A stretch of 63,477 bases of DNA, the filler included, from Octopus bimaculoides (Eukaryota): NCBI RefSeq assembly GCF_001194135.2. It is 5 parts of 4 records of this genome, joined end to end, with 100 filler letters (N's around TTAATTAATTAA, not from the genome) between each part and the next. Parts side by side here need not be neighbours in the genome. Positions count along the whole stretch, not along the records: positions 35,356 to 59,262 come from NC_068981.1; 4 more parts are not named here. One strand, given 5' to 3'. Positions 37,646 to 49,557 of the stretch are shown piece after piece (the stretch's first letter is position 1; each line of letters opens with the position of its first letter). The notes beneath the pieces were generated by a model. It was not told where the DNA came from and did no database searches. It saw only the letters and a program-made list of their open reading frames with translations. Both the position numbers and the translations under genes were made by a program.

Positions 37646-39639
37646 ACACACATATTACTAATATTTTATTTAAACAACCCAAAGGAAATAACTCATACCA
37701 CCTGCAGATTTTAGCGAAGCGATCAATATTTGATTCTCACGATCAGCCAACATAATTCTGCATTTCACTGCTCACAACTTTGAACTGCTAAACATTATTA
37801 TTGCACTTCCATAATTTGAATCTTAAACATTAATAACTTCATTCATACATTTCTATACATATAGAATGCCCATTACTCCAATAGTTCTGCATTTTTACAG
37901 TTACACTTTTTCCATGACAGTAGATAAATTTTTTATTCCACAACGTATTTGTTGTGGCTTCATGCAGGCATAGCGTGGATTCGATCCTCGATTGCCAAAT
38001 TTCACTTAACACTTCAACAGCGCTTTTCTCACTGTAAAACAATAGTTTTTTTGTGAATAACAGCTGCCTCTCGTCAACATCCGACAACCTCTCTCACCAA
38101 CCACCGACAGTCTTTCCTGCCAACCTCCGAAAACCTCTCTCGCCAACCTGCCACTATCTCTTCTTCCTCCTCCAGCTGACAGTTTTTTTGTACTTTTTCG
38201 TGACGGAAAATACACCTTTTGTGGCAGTTATAACGAAATTGCTTTCTTATATCAGAGTAATAAGCCGTTTCAATAGAATATCTTTACCCCTGGGAGCTAG
38301 TGTATATATATATATATACATATATANNNNNNNNNNNNNNNNNNNNNNNNNNNNNNNNNNNNNNNNNNNNNNNNNNNNNNNNNNNNNNNNNNNNNNNNNN
38401 NNNNNNNNNNNNNNNNNNNNNNNNNNNNNNNNNNNNNNNNNNNNNNNNNNNNNNNNNNNNNNNNNNNNNNNNNNNNNNNNNNNNNNNNNNNNNNNNNNNN
38501 NNNNNNNNNNNNNNNNNNNNNNNNNNNNNNNNNNNNNNNNNNNNNNNNNNNNNNNNNNNNNNNNNNNNNNNNNNNNNNNNNNNNNNNNNNNNNNNNNNNN
38601 NNNNNNNNNNNNNNNNNNNNNNNNNNNNNNNNNNNNNNNNNNNNNNNNNNNNNNNNNNNNNNNNNNNNNNNNNNNNNNNNNNNNNNNNNNNNNNNNNNNN
38701 NNNNNNNNNNNNNNNNNNNNNNNNNNNNNNNNNNNNNNNNNNNNNNNNNNNNNNNNNNNNNNNNNNNNNNNNNNNTATATATATATATATATATATCTTA
38801 TGTAGATTTAAATATTAATATAGCTGAGTAGTGAGTTAGCAACTTCTTACCAGTCTCAACGAGCTTTAATCAACGAAAGTGAAATAATTTCAACACGAAT
38901 TGGAAATCAGGTTACTATTGTATTATTTAGTTTCTGTCTATGCAAGAATTACTCATATCTTAACCATTTCTTGGACGTAGATTTACAAGTATCATTTCCC
39001 TTTTATTACAACTAATTCTCATCAACATCATCATCATTGTCGTCGTCATCGTCATCATGATCATGAACCTGATCGTCGTCGTCGTTGCCGTCAATAAACA
39101 CAATTCGTCATTTACATTCGTCACTCGCAGTGCCAAACCTTTTCCTAACACTTTCGAACATTAAGCCTCCTTAGTTACTGTTGCTAGTACCGGATTTTGT
39201 TTAGCATTTCAAAATACTAAACAGAAATTCATGTTTTCGACTTTGTGAGAACTTCTGGTGTGATTTTGAATAAAGAACCTCCAAAACTTATGCTGCTTAA
39301 AGCCTTAGCAAGTTTAAATCCAGTATTATTTGTTACAATCATTCAGGCTGGACCCCGTCACCACCACCGCCGTGCTTACATTTTCCCAGCAAATATTAAC
39401 GTGCAGAAGTCTATAGTAATGACCGGCTGCATCACTCTCACTACTCCAGAAGAGCCTGCAAAAAGATATCAGCACTACCTTTCCCCTCCTATCCTGAATT
39501 ATCAACAAAACAACGATATAGAAGGATTAGACGTTTGAATAGCAGGTTTTTTTTTTTAATTAATAACAAATGGAAGCATCTAAAAACTTTGTAGATTTTC
39601 CCAATTGCTGATATTCACTTTACATTTCTGTAGACATCT

Positions 39640-39880
39640 GTCAGCAAGAAAAAAAAAACGTGGGCTTGAAGGAAATTCCAGAGAAGAGTGGCGCTAGGAA
39701 GGAAGGGAGGATTGAGGAAAGTGTTTAGTAAACAATATGTGAAGTGTGAGCCAGATATCGAGATGACGAAAAACATGTGTGTCGAGTAGAGCGAAGAGGT
39801 CTTTGTATGCATCTTGCAAGTCCAGATGAGGTAGAGAGTTGACGTGGCAAGAATATAAGTCAGACATCGTAAAGTTGCTG
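39640..39880 (-). pseudogene. CR1/L2-like LINE ORF2 C-terminal relic
   Basis: FLPSATLLWNFLQAHVF resembles the F.P.T..LWNSLP.HVF terminal motif. Confidence 0.45.
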
Positions 39881-40002
39881 GTATGTAAATTTTTACCTAT
39901 CACCTGAATAGTTTTTTTTTTCTTTTAATTGCATTCTTGGATTTTGATGTTATTCGAACAGAAGCTAATTTTGTATGGTGGGTTATCTTTTACTTTTTAT
40001 CT

Positions 40003-40110
40003 CTTATCTTTTACTTGTTTCAGTCATGAGACTGCAGCCATGCTGGGGCACTGCCTTGAAGAATTGTAGTCGAATGAATCGCTCTCAGTACTTATTATAT
40101 TTTTAAAGCC
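40003..40110 (-). mobile_element. SINE A-related 3' fragment
   Basis: cttttacttgtttcagtcat..ctgcagccatgctgggg..tagtcga matches the reverse SINE A tail. Confidence 0.75.
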
Positions 40111-40142
40111 TAATACTTTTGTGTGTGTATTTTTATATGTTG

Positions 40143-40370
40143 TGTATGTGTGTGTGTGTGTATTTGTCCCTATGTCTGTTTTAATGTTGAACGCAATGTT
40201 CTTTCTGTATCGTCAGTTACTGATTCAAAAAAGAAGAATCAATAAGATGTCTACCAAAATTTGTTTTAAATACTACTGGATTCGATATGCTCGACCAAAA
40301 CCGTCAAGGTGGTGCTCTAGAATGATCTTTGTCCAATGAATGAAACAAATAAAAAAAATTAAAAGAATAA
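40143..40370 (+). mobile_element. Old SINE A-related 3' half
   Basis: tttgtccc..ctcgacca..ggtggtgctctagaatg..aatgaatgaaacaaataaaa. Confidence 0.55.
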
Positions 40371-40446
40371 CGCAAGATTTTGTACATACTGACTAAGACA
40401 AATGAAAGGACCCAGCCCTGGAATTTGTAGCGACTTCGAAGGTTTT

Positions 40447-40711
40447 TGTTATATGGACTGTTAGATATGTAATTCGTCTGACGTTCCGTGTGTCATGTGG
40501 TTCGTCTGAGTTCATTGTTTCATTGTTGTTGTCTTGTGGGACTGTCGTAGTAAAATGTCATTGATATATATATGGCGGACATGACTTTTGTTTATTCATA
40601 ACTAACATTGGGTGAGTGCGTTCTTTGTATGTAATTGAACAATAAATGTAATAATTAAATTGTATAACTCGTTTTGTTATCTCTGCGAGTCAGTCCGAGG
40701 GTAACATAACA
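40447..40711 (+). repeat. 5' LTR
   Basis: TG..CA termini, TATA-like gatatatatatgg, AATAAA at 40641. Confidence 0.93.
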
Positions 40712-40719
40712 GAGTCTAT

Positions 40720-40737
40720 TGGCGTCGCCGGTAGGAT
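40720..40737 (+). promoter_or_regulatory. Primer-binding site, probably tRNA-Ser
   Basis: TGGCGTCGCCGGTAGGAT starts with TGG (complement of CCA) and resembles the complement of eukaryotic tRNA-Ser 3' ends (TGGCG.AG.CGG.AGGAT). The tRNA identity is inferred. Confidence 0.65.
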
Positions 40738-40777
40738 ACATGCTTACTTTACCGTAAAATTATTCATCGTAATAACA

Positions 40778-40887
40778 ATGGCTGAAAAACAGACAGTAGA
40801 ACTTATTAAATTGTTTAGGGAACAAATGGACAAGCAAATGCAACAACATCAGAGAGATATGGACGCTCTGTTAAAACTGTTTGGTGC
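40778..40887 (+). CDS. gag: Gag-like ORF start, runs into the gap
   Basis: ATG 41 nt after the PBS: MAEKQTVELIKLFREQMDKQMQQHQRDMDALLKLFG, a Q-rich coiled-coil type N-terminus. Confidence 0.7.
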
Positions 40888-41786
40888 NNNNNNNNNNNNN
40901 NNNNNNNNNNNNNNNNNNNNNNNNNNNNNNNNNNNNNNNNNNNNNNNNNNNNNNNNNNNNNNNNNNNNNNNNNNNNNNNNNNNNNNNNNNNNNNNNNNNN
41001 NNNNNNNNNNNNNNNNNNNNNNNNNNNNNNNNNNNNNNNNNNNNNNNNNNNNNNNNNNNNNNNNNNNNNNNNNNNNNNNNNNNNNNNNNNNNNNNNNNNN
41101 NNNNNNNNNNNNNNNNNNNNNNNNNNNNNNNNNNNNNNNNNNNNNNNNNNNNNNNNNNNNNNNNNNNNNNNNNNNNNNNNNNNNNNNNNNNNNNNNNNNN
41201 NNNNNNNNNNNNNNNNNNNNNNNNNNNNNNNNNNNNNNNNNNNNNNNNNNNNNNNNNNNNNNNNNNNNNNNNNNNNNNNNNNNNNNNNNNNNNNNNNNNN
41301 NNNNNNNNNNNNNNNNNNNNNNNNNNNNNNNNNNNNNNNNNNNNNNNNNNNNNNNNNNNNNNNNNNNNNNNNNNNNNNNNNNNNNNNNNNNNNNNNNNNN
41401 NNNNNNNNNNNNNNNNNNNNNNNNNNNNNNNNNNNNNNNNNNNNNNNNNNNNNNNNNNNNNNNNNNNNNNNNNNNNNNNNNNNNNNNNNNNNNNNNNNNN
41501 NNNNNNNNNNNNNNNNNNNNNNNNNNNNNNNNNNNNNNNNNNNNNNNNNNNNNNNNNNNNNNNNNNNNNNNNNNNNNNNNNNNNNNNNNNNNNNNNNNNN
41601 NNNNNNNNNNNNNNNNNNNNNNNNNNNNNNNNNNNNNNNNNNNNNNNNNNNNNNNNNNNNNNNNNNNNNNNNNNNNNNNNNNNNNNNNNNNNNNNNNNNN
41701 NNNNNNNNNNNNNNNNNNNNNNNNNNNGAACCCGTAAAACCCAAGAGAGACTTTGCTGTTGATACTTCTTGTGTAGCATCAATTTC

Positions 41787-41796
41787 AGTGGGGAGG
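41787..41796 (+). promoter_or_regulatory. Polypurine tract
   Basis: AGTGGGGAGG directly before the 3' LTR. Confidence 0.8.
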
Positions 41797-42061
41797 TGTT
41801 ATATGGACTGTTAGATATGTAATTCGTCTGACGTTCCGTGTGTCATGTGGTTCGTCTGAGTTCATTGTTTCATTGTTGTTGTCTTGTGGGACTGTCGTAG
41901 TAAAATGTCATTGATATATATATGGCGGACATGACTTTTGTTTATTCATAACGAACATTGGGTGAGTGCGTTCTTTGTATGTAATTGAACAATAAATGTA
42001 ATAATTAAATTGTATAACTCGTTATGTTATCTCTGCGAGTCAGTCCGAGGGAAACATAACA
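41797..42061 (+). repeat. 3' LTR
   Basis: 262/265 identical to the 5' LTR. Confidence 0.93.
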
Positions 42062-42873
42062 GTTTTACTGTCAGTTCTTCAGGTGTAGGTAGGACAGAGT
42101 GCATGATTGTTCATTTGAAATACCTCAATGCTGTCGCAGAAAAACTAATAGAGTGAATGTTCCCTAAGTCACTCTTATATGAAGGAGTACAAGTCTGAGT
42201 GCACAGTGACTGGGTTACATGAGGGTAATGCATGAGTGCGGAAGGTTAAGGAAGAGTGAAAGCGATATTGACCTTATTGCTGTTTGTGTAATTAGAAATT
42301 CCTCGCTTGTAAATAGCAGGTATTTGGAATTCGTAACCAAACACTACGTTTTAATGATGTCTTGCATACTTCGTTGTTAATAGAATGTTAATTGGAAACA
42401 GTCCCGTCAATGAACATTGGCAGGAAACTTCCGATCTAATAGATGCAACAGAGTCCATGACGACCAGAGAGAATTCAGTGTTTTGCTTATTTTGAGGGCA
42501 TCGGCCTTATTTTAGCCGAAGTGAGTAATTAATGTTTGATAGAAATGGCTAACGAGTAAAGGTCAGTGACTATTGGCGCGTTCGATAAAAGAAAAAATTC
42601 TTCGTAGATCTGGTTGTACGAAACTTCACTGCTGGTTATTGAGAAAAGAAAGAAACTGAAGTTAATTAAGGAGACGGTGATTTACGGGTATTTCTATCAC
42701 CTTGGGAAAGTTAGAAGTACGAGGAGGATATGAACGGTGAAATTTGAAGCAAGAAAAGTTATAAAAAACAGCGTCTAAATGTTGAGTTAAAAAAGCTTTG
42801 AATAGAAAAAGTTGAAGGCTGTTATCTAGAGCTTCATCTGATTCGAGTTTCACTGTTCCGAACGAGAATTTTA

Positions 42874-43090
42874 CGAGGGATTGCTGAAAAGTTCCTGACT
42901 TTGGGTAAAAGAAAATACACCAGGATCAGTTAATTATGATTTTACTCAACATATTCCCCTCTCATATTTACATACTTATTGCAGCGGTCCTTCAGTTCTT
43001 CTGAGCTCTGTTAAAGAACTTGGAAGGTTGGGTCTCGAAAGGGGCTTATCACGATACCCTTGAAACCAAGAACTTCTCAGAACACCCTCG
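42874..43090. mobile_element. Mariner-type MITE, 217 bp
   Basis: TA on both sides. TIRs CGAGGGATTGCTGAAAAGTTCCT and (rc) CGAGGGTGTTCTGAGAAGTTCTT match at 18/23. Confidence 0.85.
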
Positions 43091-43105
43091 TATGTATGAT
43101 TTAAC

Positions 43106-43313
43106 TATATGTACGCTGTATACATTGATTCTACTCGTGTTACATAAAGTTTATGTAAATGTTTGTGGAGGTCCAGGATAGAAGTTCCAAATTCCGCATA
43201 TGTAGTGTCACAAACTACCTAAGGACCTTTTGCTCACATTAGAAAGACGAAAGATGGAACGCCCTTTCTAGTACTACAGGCACCACAAACAACAACAACG
43301 CTAACAACACAAA
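43106..43313 (+). repeat. Left arm of a ~208-bp inverted repeat (partner 44951-45158)
   Basis: tgtagtgtcacaaactacctaaggacctt and tttctagtactac.ggcaccacaaac..aacaacgctaacaacacaaa occur reverse-complemented at 44951-45158. About 80% identity by eye. Confidence 0.85.
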
Positions 43314-43522
43314 TCCATTACTTTGACGGATGCTCTTGAACCAGTTGTTATGTACCCAAACCGTGAGGGATCGATGCTAGATGTGTCGAAACAATTGTAG
43401 TGATTAATAACTCTCGTATCATCTATCTTCCGTCTCTCGTTAACCAGGAGCATAACGAACATTGTGCTTGCCAGTAAACTACCAGATATAAACCATTTGT
43501 TTTATTATCTAATATATATATA

Positions 43523-43684
43523 TGACTGAACACTATTCAATTTTTTTCTCCGTGTTTTTCTCCTTGTCTCCGTATTCTTTCTGTTGAAGAGCGTAGCTCG
43601 AAACGTCAAAGACTTTCCGTATTCCTGAGCGTCATACTAATACATCCTTTTGTTATTTACACCACCTGTCCTCGTCTGTTGTTG
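43523..43684 (+). mobile_element. Short (TA)n-embedded element with a minimal hammerhead motif, copy 1
   Basis: Near-identical to the reverse complement of 61078-61265. (TA)n on the left and beyond the gap on the right. Confidence 0.8.
43576..43612 (+). ncRNA. Minimal type I hammerhead-like motif (A6U variant)
   Basis: TCTTT-CTGTTGA-A-GAGC-GTA-GCTC-GAAAC-GTC-AAAGA. Stem I TCTTT/AAAGA, stem II GAGC/GCTC, palindromic loopless stem III ACGT, GUC cleavage after 43607. Core is CUGUUGA rather than CUGANGA, with one extra A. Confidence 0.6.
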
Positions 43685-43859
43685 NNNNNNNNNNNNNNNN
43701 NNNNNNNNNNNNNNNNNNNNNNNNNNNNNNNNNNNNNNNNNNNNNNNNNNNNNNNNNNNNNNNNNNNNNNNNNNNNNNNNNNNNNNNNNNNNNNNNNNNN
43801 NNNNNNNNNTATATATATATTCCTTAAAACGTTGCAGAATTCAGTTTGACCTAGTGTTC

Positions 43860-45480
43860 CAGTAGATCTGGAAATCAAATCTTGAACAGAAGTAAAAAAA
43901 AAACCGAATGACATTTTGTCTGATGTTCTACCAATTCATCAGCTTATGTAATGATTGATAATAAAATACACGAATTCTTAGTGAGGGAGAGAAAGAATTA
44001 GGAATGAGTCACTTGCAAAGAAAACATTACAGGAAATATTGATATCGGGTGGGGGTAAGGCGGTTTAGTAACCTAGGGAAAAATGTACTAGAGTGAAACG
44101 AGTTGGATGGTTCAACGGGAAACTTACCAAGTATTTTCTTCAATTACCCTGGTATTTCACCAATCTAGCAGCAAGCCATGACATCACTTCAAAATTTGAG
44201 AAAAGTTTGAGAATCAGACAATTTCCACCTTCACCTCTTATACATCAAAAGCTTTGCTATTCTGCCTTCCGATCAAAGTCAACTAAGAGATGTTTCGTGG
44301 TTTTCGAAGATGAGCATGAATGTGTACGTTCCGGAAACTCTGGCCTCACGTGCTCCCAAGATGACCTCAAGCTATGCACATTGATGTAAGGTTGAGTTAA
44401 TCGGAGGACAAAATTGAGAGAAGTAATCTTATTATTGAAAAGTATATAATTCGGGCTCCTCGACAGGAAGTGCTCCCTGAAAGCTCTCCAAAAGGATTTT
44501 GTAATACTCTGATAAAGAATTCCCTCTAATTATTTGGGACTTTTCTTCTCGTAGACTCCAGGAACCTAATCCCCCAAACACTGCCTAATAAACTTCTAAT
44601 CAGAAATGTATTGGGTAGAGTCTCAGGAAGTAGTTTGTCGAAGTCTTGCTCCTTTGTTATTTCTTTTATATGTTTATGAACCTCACTTAATGTTGTTTCT
44701 CATGAAATTGTATGATGTTGGTTGTCGGTGTTACTGCTTGTTTTTCTGTAGTTGCTGTTTGTGTGTTTTCCTGTCATTGCTATTAGGAGTGGTTGTTTAC
44801 AGGTTTTGTTCGTATTATTGTGGTAGTTTTGATTGTGTGAGTGGTGCTGACATGGGAATATGGCAAGTTGATATTCTCTCTTTCTTCCTCTCCCCTCTCT
44901 CCTTCTCCATCCATCTATGTTTTCCGATTTCTGCTGTTGCTGTCTCTGTGTTTGTGTTGTTAGCGTTGTTGTGTTTGTGGTGCCGGTAGTACTAGAAAGC
45001 GTTCCAACTTTCATTTTTCTGGTGTGGGCAGAAGGTCCTTAGGTAGTTTGTGACACTACATGTGCGAAACCTGGAACTTCTGTCCTCGAACTCCACAGAC
45101 ATTTATATATACTTTATATAACACGAAAAGAATCAATGCAAACATCCGTACGTATATATAAAGTAAAATATGACGGTCATTTATAAAAGTAATGAGACCT
45201 GCGAATATCTCTTCACGACTACTAAGCTCATTCCTCCAAATGTGAGGGTGTAAATACGAAGTGAATAAAGCATCGCTCGTCCCTAACTGTCGAGGTAAGC
45301 TGTATATAGATTCCTTTAACTAATCCGAGAGACGATATTCAATCATCGGAAACATCTGAATGGCCACAGCGAAGAGTTATTTTTATTCATAGCTTTCGTA
45401 AACCAGGTGATTTGAGAGTCAAATATAGAGATAATTACATAACTGGTAGCATGAAATGAACCACCAACCATTTGGATGGT
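43860..45480 (-). pseudogene. Degraded L1/Tx1-like LINE: end of ORF1 and start of ORF2 endonuclease
   Basis: VEFEDRSSRFRTCSVTNYLRTFCP (decayed CX2CX4HX4C, 45028-45069), T/Q-rich linker, DGWRRREGRGRKR, then YINVHSLRSSW at 44356-44388 (cf. APE start INVRGLRS) and LFSNFEV. Confidence 0.45.
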
Positions 45481-45842
45481 TAGCCTCTTACTTTGCCCAC
45501 CGAATTCCTTATTATTTGTTTTAATAGGTACATCATACTACACAAGTGGACAGACGAGCAATCTTTTACATGATTGTTCGACTTGCCAGAAATACCAGCC
45601 AATTCTCTCTGAAATCACATTCCACTGTTTTAATAAATGCAGGGCACATTGGAAACTGCAATGATAATTACCATAAAAAATAAATAAAATAAATAAAACT
45701 GGCACGATAGTCATGGTTGGGATACATTTTATTTAAGGTCTGCCCGAACAAGGTTGATTTGAGGGATGAACAACAGCAGCAACAGCAGCAACAAGGGCTA
45801 TCAGGTTTTCATAAGTGTTTTTTTCTTATTAATGATTTCTAA

Positions 45843-46050
45843 GGCGGCAGAATCGTTTGCAAGCCAGACAAAATGCATATAGTGGCATTTCGTCTGTTTT
45901 TACGTTCTGAGTTCAAATTCAGCTGAGACGTCGACTTTGCCTTTCATCCTTTACGGGTCGATAAATTAAGTACCAGTCAAGCACTGAGGTCGATGAAACT
46001 GGTTTACACCCTCCTCCAGAATTTCAGGCCTTGTGCCTATAGTAGAAAGG
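45843..46050 (+). mobile_element. SINE family B copy
   Basis: GGCGGCAGAATCG head, B-box GAGTTCAAATTC, body cgactttgcctttcatcctt..gggtcgataaattaagtaccagt, 3' end ccttgtgcctatagtagaaagg. Confidence 0.85.
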
Positions 46051-46849
46051 CCTATCAAGGATTTCTTACATCGAAACAAAGCCTCGAATTTGAGGAAGGG
46101 GAAACATTGATTATACTGAATCTAGTATTTCACAGCTACTTTATTTTCATCGACCACCCGGAAAGAAGAAATCAGTTTTATAATTAATGAGTGTTTCAAT
46201 AACTTGCAGTGTTACATCGAGATTATCTAATCAGCTGTTGGCAGGTGTGTTGTCTAGAAAGAGAAGCTTTTTAATTGTTTAGAAAAAAAATAGATAATTA
46301 GAAAACGTGTGCCTCCGCATTCTGCTTTCTTCAAATAGTAAATATGCTAATAAAATCCATGTTTTATTTTTAGTTATCATTTTAATTGGTTGACGTCGTA
46401 AAAGCTGGGTTAAGCTCCAGTAAATCTCTCGTATAAGTAATGATTAAACGGTGTCTTGCTTATAAAGCAGATGATACAGTGCAGAGCCCCACCCACGTGC
46501 CGGTGACGTACAAAGACTCTTACACAAAAGATCATTTATACCGATTTGCATTAAACAATATCACACACGTCCCTCCAAATATATACATACCCCACCCTAA
46601 TAATGTTTCAACTGAATCACAAGAATTGAATGAATCACCTGACAGCTACATAATAATTAGTTGATGCATATTTCACTATTTATTATCTACAAACAAGAAA
46701 GATTTTGAAATCTCTTCCAACATTTCTCAGCCAATCATTCACCTCCTTTTCAGCTCTATATTATTTTATTTCTACCACTTCTGTTTTATCATCTTTAGAT
46801 ATCACTCCATCTCACTGCTTCAATCTTTCTTGCTCTTTCCCACCATGCC

Positions 46850-46890
<41 letters not shown>

Positions 46891-46911
46891 GCCAATCTTT
46901 CTCTTTCTTTC

Positions 46912-46957
<46 letters not shown>

Positions 46958-47506
46958 ATTCTCTTCTCACTTTCTTTTATTCTCTTACCACTGATTTATC
47001 TATAATTACATCACAAAATGTTAACCAATACAGCTTAAAATAAATGATTCGCAATAGAAACTTTGAAAGACTCAAGTTATCCTTTGTTGATAAATGTCTG
47101 AGTCATGTACGTTATATATATACATACGTATATATATNNNNNNNNNNNNNNNNNNNNNNNNNNNNNNNNNNNNNNNNNNNNNNNNNNNNNNNNNNNNNNN
47201 NNNNNNNNNNNNNNNNNNNNNNNNNNNNNNNNNNNNNNNNNNNNNNNNNNNNNNNNNNNNNNNNNNATATATATATAACTTGAATTGAGAGTTGAATTTT
47301 GACCTTATAGAGAAATGTTGACATAGGTAATAAACTTTAATATAAATGGATATTAGCGTCAAAACTCTTATTTAATTTTTTTATATATAACCAAGGAGAT
47401 CGATCCATAATAAGTTTACTATAGACCTTTGTGGACGAATTTTTGCTATTTTGGTAACGATTACATGTTTTATCTCACCAATATATTGTGGAGATATCAT
47501 TATATG

Positions 47507-47551
<45 letters not shown>

Positions 47552-47564
47552 ATATATATATAAT

Positions 47565-47812
47565 ATAAAGATATTATTATTAATAAATAATAATATTAGT
47601 GGCCAGCAAGCGTAAAACCATACAGGTAAATTTATAGAATTAAGGTACAAGAAAGTACCAACTTTGCTAGAACTAAGAGTCAGATAGAACTCCGAAGCCA
47701 CATAAATCTCATTAAAAAGTTTACAAGAATGGTGAAAGCTTATAAATTTGCCTATACGGTTTTACGCTTGCTGGCCACTAATATTATTATTATTCATTAA
47801 TAATATCTTTAT
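47565..47812. mobile_element. Foldback/MITE-like element with 72-bp inverted arms
   Basis: Arms 47565-47636 and 47741-47812. Inner 40 bp tagtggccagcaagcgtaaaacc.ta.agg.aaatttata match with 3 transitions; outer parts are (AAT)-rich. Confidence 0.8.
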
Positions 47813-47911
47813 GCTTTATATTTATAACTTACGTTCGTTTTTTTTAATGTGACTTTGGACTTCAAATGAACACACAAGCATGGTGAGGTGAATATTCTAT
47901 CTGACTCTTAT

Positions 47912-47961
<50 letters not shown>

Positions 47962-48067
47962 TGTGTATGTATATCTTTGTATATATGTACATACATACAT
48001 GCATACATACACACATACATACATACACACATACATACATACACACATACATACTCGCATACATACA

Positions 48068-48098
<31 letters not shown>

Positions 48099-49512
48099 GC
48101 ATAAATCAAGGGGTTGACTAACTCTGAAAACACAGCAGATGTCAGCTAAAACCTACAAATATTTGTATTACTAACCATGTCCCATCATATGTTGTTGTTA
48201 TTCGTAATCTTACAGAGGAAGTGATATGTTGGTGTGGGGAGGGTCTTAGGCATTTTTATGACCTGAAGATAAGTATGAGGTGAGTGCAGTTAATGTTTGT
48301 TTTGCATACTTGAAGATTAGTCGTTGCAATAAACGTGAGCAGATAAAGGAGCTCTAGAAAGTCGTACTATTCCATGAATCAACAAAATATTTATCAGGCT
48401 TACAGTCCCTTTGAATTTTGAGAGGACCCTCCAGGGAAGGATCTTATTAAAATTCAAGGTCACTGTGAGATCTATTATAGGGAGGGGCACGGTATATAGT
48501 CACATGCCCCTCTCTGTAGTACGATGTACCGGATGAATCCCACTCTTATAGTTTTGGTAAACCTTTATTTTAGTGATACGAGCAGCACAAAGCGGAAACA
48601 GCTCCGACGGTGGGGCAATATTTGTGAAGTCAAGCTCCTATATCTGAGTACAAATGAAATACACTCCAACGTAAGCCACTCCTTTCTGAGAAATGTTTTT
48701 AAAGTATTTAATTTTTATCTCTTATGTTCATAATGATGTTTTTACTTCAAGCTAACAATCTGCTAGAAGTGGTAGACAAATCCATTAAAGCCACACTCGG
48801 CCATAATAATAAAACAAAACATATATACATTTGCAAATCTAGTCCTAGGTATCTTCAGCTTAGTCGTGGCTGGTTCACACAACAGCATACTATTAATTTC
48901 GTGCTTATGTACTTCAAAAAATAGTCATTTTCTTTTTTTTGCTGCTGGAGGTATTTCGTCTTTGCTAGAAATGAGGACTTACTACATATTTAAAGACCCG
49001 ATCTTCATGCGATGTGTCAGCATAACAAGGGCGTAGGAAGAGGGAAGTAAAAAAGAAGAAGGAAAAATAGAAATTTCCGTTGCCTCTTAAGACGGACAGA
49101 AACCGACTATAAAGGCCTTCCCTTCCCACCCAGTATCCGACTTCCATTTCACACGAGAAATGTAACCTACCTACATGATCTTATGGTCATTGATATTGAA
49201 ATTTACAGTAACATCGAACAGTTTACAGTAGTTCTTGTTATAGCAAATTCAGAAGGAGAAATATATAAGTGAGGTTATGGCTGTGAGAAATGCGTTTATT
49301 GTATGCTGAGAGATGAGATGATCATATTTCTTTTACTATCTTGAGATAGTCACTTCTTATCTCTCGTTCATTAACAAATCCGTTATGTACAGCATTCGCA
49401 TCTGGTCCAGGATACTTGCAGCTATCAGCTTGTCATATAGATTGTTGTTATTGTTGTTATTTAACTCCAGATTAGCTCTGATCAAGCGAACATACGATGA
49501 AATGTATTTCAA

Positions 49513-49546
<34 letters not shown>

Positions 49547-49557
49547 TATGTATAGAT

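Larger units (their letters stand above)
40447..42061 (+). mobile_element. Young Ty3/Gypsy-type LTR retrotransposon (interior mostly N)
   Basis: Two 265-bp LTRs (TGTTAT...ATAACA) with 3 substitutions, 5-bp TSD GTTTT (40442-40446 and 42062-42066), PBS, gag-like start and PPT. Confidence 0.93.

Noticed and set aside
48228-48265. Weak third copy of the 43106/44951 inverted-repeat sequence
   Set aside because: Only about 30 nt of patchy similarity.
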